DNA of 55,190 bases, filler included, from Sphacelaria rigidula (Eukaryota), in assembly GCA_964200075.2 (NCBI GenBank). It is 4 parts of 4 records of this genome, joined end to end, with 100 filler letters (N's around TTAATTAATTAA, not from the genome) between each part and the next. Parts side by side here need not be neighbours in the genome. Positions count along the whole stretch, not along the records: positions 13,824 to 27,546 come from CAXNAA020002701.1; positions 27,647 to 41,368 come from CAXNAA020002702.1; 2 more parts are not named here. The stretch is one strand, 5' to 3'. A model generated the notes under the pieces. It had not been told where the DNA came from and made no database searches. It saw nothing but the letters and a program-made list of their open reading frames with translations. A program made the translations under genes and the position numbers. Shown here piece after piece: positions 23,935 to 35,400 of this stretch; position 1 is the first letter of the stretch, and the number at the start of each line of letters is the position of its first letter.

Positions 23935-25208
23935 CCGTCGGGGCCACGATTTAAGAGCGATCTGTCTAAGAGAATTGCCGATTTAAGAGAGGTCAAAATG
24001 GCTTGGCACACCACTCTCTAAAACCGAACCATATTTCTCTTAAACCGCAACCACTTATTTTCCCCCGATCGTCCAAGCCCACTTCTTGACAACCACAGCA
24101 AGCAGCAGTCTGTCGTCTTGCTGTACAGCAGTACGGCAGTACAACACAGTCGTTGATCTACCGCTCACAGCCTCACTGGGGCCAGCACGATGCCTTGCGC
24201 AGCGGGTTTGCTCTGCAAACTCTCGCCGGACCACACACCGGGCCCTCCTTTTCACACGAGCCACAAATGTCGTGTCTGCGGAGGCTACCTTTATGGACTG
24301 TGCGGTGTGCCTGACCCGCTTGGCGCGACAGAGATGTAACGTCTCTGCGATGGTTGCGTCAACTCCACCGAAAGAAAGGGATCGAGCGCAGACCCTGATG
24401 CTCGGGCTGAGTTGGTGAAGCGCAACTGCCCGGAGGGGGATGGACGAGGGAAGGATAAGCAGGGTGCACTCACTACGCAAGCTAAAAAACGACTCTTCGG
24501 CGGCAGGCAATGACCTGTGCACCCAGCCCGAGCCTTATCGTCGTCCACCACCATACAATGACGTCGCTAGGCAATTTGAGGACCTTGAGGAAGTAGCCGG
24601 GCGGTGCAACATTGCCGAAGTATCATACCATCTTCGTACGGCGAAGCTCGCTTGGATGAGCGACTATGCGTCCTGGACAAAAACGAGACAAAGCTGCGTG
24701 GTAGACTTTATTTAAAGCTGCAGAAGCTGCCAAGAAGTGTATTTATGATGTTGCTCGGTATCGTAGGAGGGAGTGCAGATTCTTGATTTCTCGTAAGTGA
24801 GGTTGATTCACGCCCTCGCGGGCTTCAGTCGGTTCCCTGCAGCTGTAGCAGTTGTTATACACAGTACAGTACAGTATGCTGAGATAAAAAACCCACGAGG
24901 CGCGTGGACATAAACGTGCGTGCCCTCCAGATGCCTTGATTTCACCTACGGTCTAAAAACCATACACATCACAAATCCAAGGATTGAGGCGCCTTGACAC
25001 AAGCAAGCGTACCCTCTAGACATCTTGGTTTCACCCGCACTCTAGAGCCCATATACTCGGAGTATATCGGTATAAGAGAGATACTCTCTTATACCAAGCA
25101 CTCGGTTTAACAGAAAATCTCTCTTACAGCGGAACAACAGGATGGTATATTCAAGAGAGGTTGCAAGGCCTCTCTGCACACCCCTCTCTTAAACCGTGCC
25201 CCCCACGG
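23935..25208 (+). mobile_element. pogo/Tc1-mariner deletion derivative
   Basis: 25-bp TIRs (ccgtcggggccacgatttaagagcg / ccgtggggggcacggtttaagagag) with TA on both sides (23933-23934, 25209-25210). The internal ORF 24440-24715 ends KTRQSCVVDFI, a PIP-box-like C-terminus typical of pogo transposases. Confidence 0.8.
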
Positions 25209-27546
25209 TATAGACAAAATGCCATGTGATCTGCAGCAGGCCTGAAACATCTCTACTTCTTTTTGTGTGATAAGAATGCATCACTACTAACATGGGCAGG
25301 GAGAGGGGGGGAAGGAGGGGGGGGGGGGGGAAGGGATATTTTGCAACTTCGCCACTTCTGTGATACTTTCATTGTCAGTACGCGATAGCATGATAGGCCA
25401 CATAAGCACGGGTGTTACAGAGCTACAACCACTCTCCCCAAAAATATCAATGAATTCGACTCGTGCCCAACGCCGCTGCCTGCGTGTTTCAGAATACAGC
25501 TGCAGTGGCCGATTTCTCAGCGGCCGGATTCTCGTACTGTCCAAGCTTGAGCTTGGACACTATAGCGATGACTGCGGTTTTACTAGCCCCACTGCTGGCC
25601 GCCGAACTACGTTGAGCCCTCTAAGCAAGACATACTTGGCCCTGTTTGAAAATTCGATCTCAATGCCCGAAAAGTGCGGAAATTTGGCGTTCAACATACC
25701 GCACAGTTTGCTGCTGTGGTCAACCGCGGGCTAAAGCGTTGGATCCAAACTGACGTCTCTCTGCGGGAATTACGGTTCGGATTCACATCCCGAAGGATTG
25801 CAAGACTACATGCAAGACCCGGAATCATTCCATGGGATTTCGGATTTAAATGTGCTTCCGAAGATCACACATGGTACGAAGTATGAATCATGTTGAACCG
25901 AGCGCATGATTTTTTGAATTATTGTTCTGAAAATATAAACATCGTCCCGTTCGAAAAGTATAGATCGAAATCCATTCCAGCTCTGTCCAGCCTAGTCTAA
26001 TAGTACATCTCACGCTTAGTATGTACAAGTGAAGTGCATTGCACTGCGATGCGATGCGGCGAGTGAATGTAGGTGTGGGTCGCAGCAGCTCAACACTTGG
26101 TGTTCGTAGGACAAACATAGCTGCTGCGCTGAATGTTAGTTCAACGAGCACTCGAGGATCGTATCATCATGTACAGGCAGTCGAACATCTGAATGACTAT
26201 TGCGTACACTATGAAGCCTGTCAGATCGAGAAAGAAGCATCATAACAATCAACGCGTGGTGAACCAACTTACAGGCCAAGGAGTCCAGATCCCCCCTTCG
26301 TGCTGGTTGAGATAATTGTGTGTCCACCCGCGACCAGCTTCGTTTCCACACATGACTATATCATACTTCTCGTACCCACGACCTATGTTGTTCGTCACGT
26401 GTCACCCTGAGCGGTCACCAGCCCTTGTCCACCTGTGGGTGAAGTACAGTGTTCATGAAGGCACCGTTGCTTGCAGGGCTGGTAAGTACGTTGCTGGATA
26501 GTTCCTGGTTTTATGGATGGGGCACGGTTATTTGGCATACTGCCATAATTTAGCCTCTTCCCATACGATCGTACGATACGCGGGACGAATCCCTAGTCCC
26601 GAGACATGGACCCATCTCCCCGTCGGCGCATGTTCACCATTTATTTTGTCGTGAATTGCCCCAGTTCTCCTGCACTCCACCAGATCTTGCCGAATGGTCT
26701 TTTCAACTGACATCCTCACGCTACCAACACGGGAACCGGATTCTGCTGAACAAGAGCGTACACACCTACCTGCGCGGTGATTCTCTTCGCAATATCCAAC
26801 GCTGGGTCCTAACTCGTCGTTGTGTCCCGGTCAGACAACCAGGAGGGAGTTTTATTCGGAACATTAATATCCATTTTAATTGATATTTCGCCATATCGCT
26901 TATCTTGTTGTCCGGATATTGACAAAGTCGCTCAGTCTGCACTTTACGGTGTTTCTGAAAAGGGATGCAGCGCTCTCTTGACGCCGGACAGTACAAACGC
27001 AACGCCATGCCCCGAAACGGGCGGTCGCAATATTCCTTCCGAACCCCGAATACTACCGATCATTTTTGTACTATCGTCGCTCCCCGGTGCCCAAACCGCA
27101 TAATCGGCTTTCTAGGTAGAGTCACGGGTTCGACTCCCGACAATACTGGTGCTATTATTGGTTTCCGTCGTGGAAGACGTCACGATGCGAGTTGGCAAAT
27201 ACATCGATGGAAGTCGGCGCGCTAGCTCTAATGGGGTGCTTGCAATGCGTGGGAGGACCGCGTGCTTTTTCGACCGCAGCGGAGGTCAAACACCCCTATG
27301 GTTGGGGTTAGGGTTAGGACTAGGGTGAGGGTCATGGACACGGTCCGTGCAGGGACTGGCGGGAGCGGTCTTGAAAAATGTCAATTATGGGGTGTTCAAA
27401 TTCCGAATGCTGCCCAAAAAGCACGCGGCTCTTCCTCGCATCATAGTGCTGATCCAGTACTTACTTGACAGTAACTGAGCAATGCTACGGTAGGGGTGCA
27501 CTTTTTTCGCGAAATTATGTCTAGTTCAGGGGCTCCTAACGATTCA

Positions 27547-27646
27547 NNNNNNNNNNNNNNNNNNNNNNNNNNNNNNNNNNNNNNNNNNNNTTAATTAATT
27601 AANNNNNNNNNNNNNNNNNNNNNNNNNNNNNNNNNNNNNNNNNNNN
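27547..27646. other. Artificial contig-joining linker
   Basis: N44-TTAATTAATTAA-N44, identical to 13724-13823. Confidence 0.98.
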
Positions 27647-30070
27647 GAAAGCACTGTTTTGGGCTTGAGCCTCATCTCGAAGTTAAACCTCAATTCGCAC
27701 AATTTGTTGTTAGAGGCTGTTTGAAATGGATCTTTTGTATGTCCAATTTGATTGGGCGAAAAAAGGGTCCATTTTGAACAGCTTCTTCTGCTGTTCGAAA
27801 TAGCTTTTTTTATCGCCCAATTAAAGTGGGCCTTAAAAGGATCTGCTTTGAATAGCTTCTGCTGTCCGAGATAAATTCCTTGTTGCCCGATTTGAACCGG
27901 GGAAAAAAAGGATTTATCTCGGACAGCAGAAGAAGAAGCTATTCGAAATGAATATATTTACAGATTTTGTACCAAAATAGTTTGGATATTTCAAATTTGG
28001 GAGGGCCTCTCCACAGGGTTGTTTGCAGGGTTTCGACGAAAACGCTATGCAAAATGCTGGTAGAGGTACTAGGGTTTGCGAATACAGTGCAGGATTTCTC
28101 ACAAAAGACTGTGAAGAACCCTGTGCAGCACATCCTACAGAGTGCTATCTGTCCACGGGTGGAAGCACTTTGTGGCTACGGAGCCATAAAACACCCTCGT
28201 GCCCAAGCGTTCACCGTCTGCCTTCGCCGGGTTACGGTCGCGGTTCGTGGTGACGTGCAGTTGGTTCAGTCTACAAAAGATCCAGATATTGTAAGGAGAG
28301 GGGATGACGAGATTTAGCCTTTGATCATCGGAGGTGTACAGTTGTTAAAGGGCTTATTTTCATTCGTCGTATTTGCATCAGTTTTACTCGAAAAATGCAT
28401 GAGAATGAGGCCGATGCTACATATGAACACCTCCGGCGGTTCAAGGGTCGGAATTGGCGCCGTAGGACAAAGCACCCTGTGACTACGAGCGCCATGGAAT
28501 CCTCCCGGTGCTCAAGTGTTGACGACCTGCCGCCATCGGCGGGTTACGATTGGAGGGAGGGTCAGAGTGTAGCTCTTATAGTCTATACCGAAGATTTGGA
28601 TATTACGGAGAGAGGAACTGACGACGAAATCGAACCCTTGACCGCCTCTTGTTAACCCTTTGACCACGAGGGTAGTTCACCTGCTGATTCGGCATCAATT
28701 TCACTTGGAAAAATGATAGTGATCCAGATGAACTGCCCGCATCGCGGTCTAAGGGTCAAATAGGAATCATTTCCGTATATTTTCCAAGTAAAAATCAACA
28801 AAGGTAGTCACTGGCACGAAGGGGGGGTCGAGCGGCTGAGAACGGCACTGGTACCGGAAAGACAGGTCCCGTTGTATTGACTGGTGGAGAGAAAGTCAAT
28901 GGCGCCAGGGAAGTAGGGTGCGTTAGATTCTCATGAGGGAAACGTTAAATGGCCTGGCAGGTCACTGGTGCCGCAGGTTCCGCGAGATATATTTCCAGGA
29001 GGAAGAAGGGCGAAGAGTGGTACGGAAATCGGTTGCGTTAACTCCGTGTAGGGGAACGTGAGATTATGGTGGCAAGGGAAGTTACTGGTTCCAGATGAAG
29101 TTCCGCGGAGAAAAGGGCGGATTCCGCGAAGGGAAACGGGAAAGAGCGGATAAAGCACAGATTTCAAGAAAACGACGGGAGAGCAGACACGGAAGAATGA
29201 AATTCTGGCCGCTGGTGCGTCGGAGTGCGGAGTAATACTGAGATGTTAGGTATCGTCACTGTCACACCTGCGTACAGTGATCGCATCTGCGGATAACCAT
29301 AACGTATGGGAGTAAGAACTATACACAAACAAATATATGGATTCAACATCTGCTTTGACGACATCGTCCATCATTAGATGCTCTCTGGAACAGTCCATGG
29401 TTCACAGCAACGGCTTTCGATAGATACCCTCAAAATCATTGGGTGCGGCAAAGCAAATCGATGAATTGTTGATGACTCTCAATACGTGGCTTACCGAATC
29501 TAACGATGACGGTGGCTACCGATAGATGACTCACCATATATATCGAGTACGGTAATAACTATCGATACACATGTTCCAAAACCTAATGCGGCATTCGATT
29601 TCCGTCGATTGCCCGTGATCTTTGCCTATTGTAATCACAACAACAAATATATCGGCTCTTGCAACATCTCTTGTCGCTTCCGACGATTATCAAAATATGT
29701 TTCACAATCTATTGTGTTCGACAGTAAAACGATGGGCTCGCCCCCGCATCTACTACTGACGAAATGGCCTAAAGGTTTGTCCATTGTCGTGACTGTGAGA
29801 CCACTACCCAGAAGTGGAAACAACCCTTGTCACAGATATCACTCCTTAGCTGCTGCTGAAATTAAAAATATGTCAGCTAACGTTCTTTTACGTCGTCCAT
29901 GAGAGCGCAAACGGTGGTGTGCCTCCAGCAGTAGAAACAATACGAACCAGCAGAGACGGGTACTATGGCGATGATTGCTTGCGATGACGAAAGCATGCTA
30001 CTTGTGCAGCTAGGTTGTGCATCGTCTTTCGCTGGGGAGAGTTGAGAGTGAGGTCATTGTGCAGTACAAA

Positions 30071-30131
30071 TGTTGTTGTCGTGGTGGTGGTGGTGGTTGT
30101 CGTTGTCGTTGTTGTTGTCGTTGTTGTTGTT
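30071..30131. repeat. (GTN)n trinucleotide microsatellite
   Basis: Run of gtt/gtg/gtc triplets. Confidence 0.9.
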
Positions 30132-32269
30132 TTACAAAACCTATCGATAGACAGTGATGCCCCAACACTTCATGTGTTAAATTTTGCGGATTGCTATTTG
30201 GAGGTGTAAACCCAAGATATTTTCACAGATGGCCTGCCTACCGCGTAGTAGATTCAGCGTATGTTCATATTCAACATGTGCACGTCCATCCGCCATGAAG
30301 TTTATCGTCAGGATATTCGCAAGCAGTCAGAAACGGCCCCATCTCATTTTTACATGTCTGTATGTACTCGCACAACCACAAAGTCTACCTGTATCCATAC
30401 CCGAAACCTTCTGAACTTCCGACACCCTTGACGCATTTCACTTGCACCTCCTACAGCCACATGCGCGAGGCTATGATAAATATCATGACAGCTTCCGTCG
30501 ATCGACTGCACCAGCGGGGCCGTGGGGGGATCATGCCTACCCAAGCGGTGCAGAGTGTTGACGTCGACGCCTCCACGTGCATGTTCTGGTGTGCGAGTGC
30601 TATCGGGGGGCTTGCCCAAGGTGCTGCAGTTGACTCGGTATGTGCTTGGTGTCAGGAACGGCAGAGCACGTTGTGGGTAGTAGGTCTCAACGCATACAGT
30701 ACCGTGAAAGTTTGTTGATGCAGGTTCCCAAAGCTTGAGGTCGCCGGTTGTATATTTGTGTGCGCCAGGGATGCAGACGATGTTCATGACGTTCTGTGTT
30801 ATCCGAGAACAGGATCTACACTTCTGTTCGCGATGATCTCTTGCGTTGGCCGCTCAGGTGTAGCACCTAGCGGACCAATTAATTGAAATGCAGTGTTCTC
30901 CCTGTCAACGCGAAATTCTATCGTACTTCCGCTAGCTTGATGCCCCCAGAAAATATATATTTGCATTTATAATAGGAACATCTCTTCGTGCTGAGACCCG
31001 TTTTCAATGACGGAACCAGCAGCATTTTGTTTAAAACTATATGATTTGTTTTGATTTTCAAGTTGCACCACGTACTTGTTTCGTGATGTTTGTCTGTTTC
31101 AAGATTTGGGAAGTGGACACCCTCAAAGATCAGCACTGCTCCTCATTTTGATAAGCACGCACAGCTGCGATACTGCATACAGCACGATAGCATGTATCGA
31201 TGGTTTTTGTTCGTGGGGGAGCGACCATGATGATGAGCGTTTACGCTGGTGGCCTTCCACGTCTTGACGGGACGTAGAATGTAGGATATACCATGTGTGT
31301 CCATGCCGTTCAGCGTGAATATTTCGTTTTCTTCTTTCTCCGGTAAAACCTGAAGACAAAACAACGAGGATTTCCTGCAAGAGACCCACCGTGAAACACC
31401 CTACCTCATACTGTAGAACAGGCGTATTTATTTTATGTGATTCGCTGTTGCCGCCTTGCTCCCATGAGCCTGCAGGTCACGGGATATATTCAACAGGCAG
31501 AGGCAGCTATGCGCCGTTGTTCTGGTCCCATGACGGTGAATCAAGCGAGGTGAGTCAGCTTCGAAACGGAGACGACTTTTGGGAACTGTGGAGCAACGCT
31601 ACGGGAGGAGAGGAGGGGGGGAAGATTCCTCCCACGAAATCTCACCTCAAGTCATTGTTGGAAGCAGCAACGCTCTCGCCACCAGTAAGAAACGCTCATT
31701 CATACCACTTGACCCCATTTTCACCCAAATACGAACGAACTGCGAGTAGTTAGGTCGTCTGACATACCTGTGAGCTCCTGCTTTTCGTTGAATAACCCCC
31801 CTCCCCCTTCTAAGAAATAGCGGGAAAACGAGCGCCTAGGCGCAATGTAGGCGAGCAAGAATACCTGAAGATAAACGGGGGACAGCGGGAGGAGAAAATG
31901 ATGAAAGCATATTTGCATGGCCCGATGGACGCGGCAAAATAATTGAAACTGCGATTTCGGGTGGGGGACCTGAACCTGCTAAAAAAAAAGGACATTAACC
32001 AGTAGTCGAGAGAGGGGGGACGTAGATGCACAGAATTGCCCCTGCGGCAAAGCAACAGAGACCAGAAGTCATACAGTAGCAGGAAGTGAACTATACGAGG
32101 AGGGACAGAATGTGCTAGAGGGGGACATGCGGAACGTGGACTAAGGTGGTATAAAATCGTTTGATGCATGAGGCAGTAGCAAGAGAACGATGGCCAACTA
32201 AGAGATAAATGGTGGCCACGGGCGGCGAAGCTGGACGGGGATAAGACATGTAGAAGGTTTTTGTGTGAT

Positions 32270-32404
32270 GTATGGAAGAACCGTGATGAGCACCCGAATG
32301 TTGAAGGTGTCTCTATTAGGAGTAGAAACGGTGCTCCGTCTCGAGAGGGATGCGTGGTCAATGGTCAGACGACTAAGGCAAGCAAAACATGAGTTCGCCC
32401 CTCT
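32270..32404 (+). mobile_element. Family D copy (longer 5' extent)
   Basis: Colinear with 17335-17460; ends gagttcgcccctctc. Confidence 0.7.
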
Positions 32405-35400
32405 CGTATCCTGGCATCACTGTGTGGCAAGATTGAGGGGGGTGAGGGGGTCTAATTTGGGATACAAAACAGGAGTGGACTGGCGCTGCTGTGAGGTGTG
32501 CAGTCCCACGCCACTTGGGAACGATGCATGTTGTTGAATTTGCATTTCTCCTCTAGGAAAATATGACCGCCACGTAGGATTAGTCGAGATCTTATCATGT
32601 CCGTGACGTTGCCGCAACATTCACGACCGACAGGGCATGGGCTATGCTGGCGCACGTGTACGGCTTCGGTGGCAGTCACGTGAGTCGACCAAGATTTTCT
32701 GGATGGTAATACCTGCACGGTCGATATGGCATGTCGACTGGCTGTTCAAGGCGGTGGGTATCGCCACCGTGGATACGTTGAGCCTTGCCCCCGCCCAGTA
32801 TCTACTCTTGAAGCTCGTGTTCCAAACCATTTCGAAGGAGTGGGATGACGTCGAGTTCCAGCCTGAATGAAATTCACTCTGCCGGTTGTTGTATCCATTG
32901 TCGTTCACGATCCCTCGTTCCCACATTGATCACCTGGAGACTTCTCGACCGATGTGTGCCCTCCCCTGTTGCAGAAATCGTTCGTCGAATGCATGCAGCG
33001 TTCACATATTATTCTGGAAAGCGTTCGGAATGGAGGACAATCAAGTGAGGTAGTTCCAAAGGTGAGTGAATTGTATGTGGCATGATGATGTGGCCATGAG
33101 AGGCGTTTGGTTCATCATTGGATAAAATTTCAAAAACATTGTCCCAAACACCGGTGCTCGTTTTTGTTCTGGCGCTGGTTGCGCAGTTCACAACAGATCA
33201 ACGCAACTCTGAAAACGAGTCAGGGATACTGAGGGAAGAATATTTCGCAGAAATCGACCACACCCCGAACACGGAGAATATATGCTTTCTCCGCCCAGGC
33301 GTCTTCGGCTGCCAGGCTGAAGTGACTGAGTTTGTTATTTATCTGGCGTCAGCATATTGCGTACAACACGCCTCAAATGATGTCAACCCACGTACCGTTG
33401 ACGCTAGGGTCGCAAAACATCCCGTTGGTTCCGAATGAAATAAAAACGAGTCGACCACCTCTCAGCTCCTCGAGACCAGGTATGCGTCCACAGCGTGCTG
33501 TGCCAAAACGATTCAATTAATGGTTATTCCGACCTCAGCCCCCCGACGAGGATCATGGTGGCGACGAGGCGGGGGGGGATGCCATGGCTCAGAATTCGAA
33601 ATTTGCCACTCCTTTGCATGTGTTCCCATAACATACCCGACGACGATCGTGTTCATCGTGTATAAGTTGGGGTTTTGATCACACTAGGCCCAGAACAGTC
33701 GCAACCAGGCCAACATCCGTCTGACTAAGCTCTCTGAGCCCGTGTCTCCTAAACTCAGGGCTTAGCAGTGCTAGTGCAAGTTGGATCCGGCTTGAAACAC
33801 CCTGGAGACAAGACTCAAGATGGTGCAGAACCGCAGCCGCGTGATGGAGACGTCGTGCACCCTCGCCCCACGGTAAGCGCAATCTCTGGTGCTTCCGATC
33901 TATTGGAAAATTCACGACTTGGACCGAATAGTGTCGAAAGTATAATGTAATCCACAACGAACAAACACACGGATGTAGGCCGAGGCCCGCGCTTTACGGT
34001 GGGCATTTGCAGAAACTTTCTCTTGGTCTTCCCTTTTCCCACCAACGCAATGTATACCCAACGGTTTTATGCTTCTAAACCCTGTATGCTGGTGCCCTAC
34101 GTAAACATCTCGGGATACCGCGCAACCAGCTCCAGCGCCTCGTATGAGTCTCAAGCACCCCCCTTGACAGAGAAGTAATTCCATCATGCAGCGTAGACAT
34201 GCTGTGTGCAATGTCAGGACTACGTGTGTGAAACTGCGCGGAACAAGCACCAGTGCTTACCTTCGGGGGTGTCCACTTTCTGGATCTGGGTATGGAAATA
34301 AATCTCGCGATGGGAAATCAGCCGTGAAGTTCCCGAATGAAAATATCAAAAGTAAGGAACGTGCATGAGAGAGTGCGAAGAAGGCGGCCAGTATGATCCT
34401 GTACTCCGTTGCCACGTAATGGGCCTGCTGCCATATTGGCCCCATGCACATAGTTCCGGCGGCGTCCCTGCAACTACCCGTCTGTGCAGATGACCAACCT
34501 TGCCAACGAGGATCAAGTACTCCAGCACTCGATGAAGGCATTGCAGTCATTCCAGAACGCCTTTATCGATGACGTTCAAAAGGAAGCGAGTAGCTCTGCT
34601 GATTGTGACAAGGGCGAAGGACCAGGAGAAGATCTGTTCGTGTATAGTAAATCCTCACTGGAGGAAGAGCGCAACTCCGGTGTACAGTTGGAGCAAGCGC
34701 TGGGGTCTACAGAGGTTCTCGAGGAGACGTTGACCAACCGAATGAGAGTCCTTGCTTGGGAGATGGAGACATTAGAGCACATCATCGAGAGGTGGAGAAT
34801 GACAAACTTGTTATGCCTCTGTGCAATGGTCGGGGCAGCTACCATAGACCGTGAGAGTTACCAAGAGGCAGGCTGTGAAGTTCAGAACATGCTGGACCCT
34901 CCTCATGGTAGAAACCGATGGCTGGGCAGAAAACGGGGAATTGACCTTGCGGCAGCCGGGGCGTTGTTTTCTTCGAGTGCTATTACAATGAATGTGGAGG
35001 ATTTGAGCTGAGTTTTCTGCCCAGGACTAGTCACCTCTTGTGTGATGTCACGGGTCAGTCGGACTCGATGGTGGCAGCGGGTATCCATGTACTCACGTAA
35101 ATGCGTGAACCGTCGACTGTCATGCTAATAAGAGGCGATTTATCGTGTGTACATGTCGTGTGTTTCCTGGTACTCGCTGTTCACGCCTCTGCGTCAACCT
35201 TCATGGCACATGCTCTCGACGGACCGTGGGTTGGCGATGTGCTGCTACTTGCTGCCAAACGAAGATCAAGTATCACGTCTACATTCTTCCGAGTAGCCGT
35301 CAATGTGTGAGTCTTATCATGATAGATAGTACGGAGAATAATGTGCCTCGCATGGAACAGTTTTGTCAACTTTACTACCCTTTGATCCGCTCTCGTACAT

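Noticed and set aside
26039..26245. Fanzor/TnpB RuvC-III-like motif (RRTNIAAALNV resembling RDxNAAxNI)
   Set aside because: The catalytic Asp is absent, and there is no in-frame CxxC zinc finger or RuvC-I DxG motif; likely chance.
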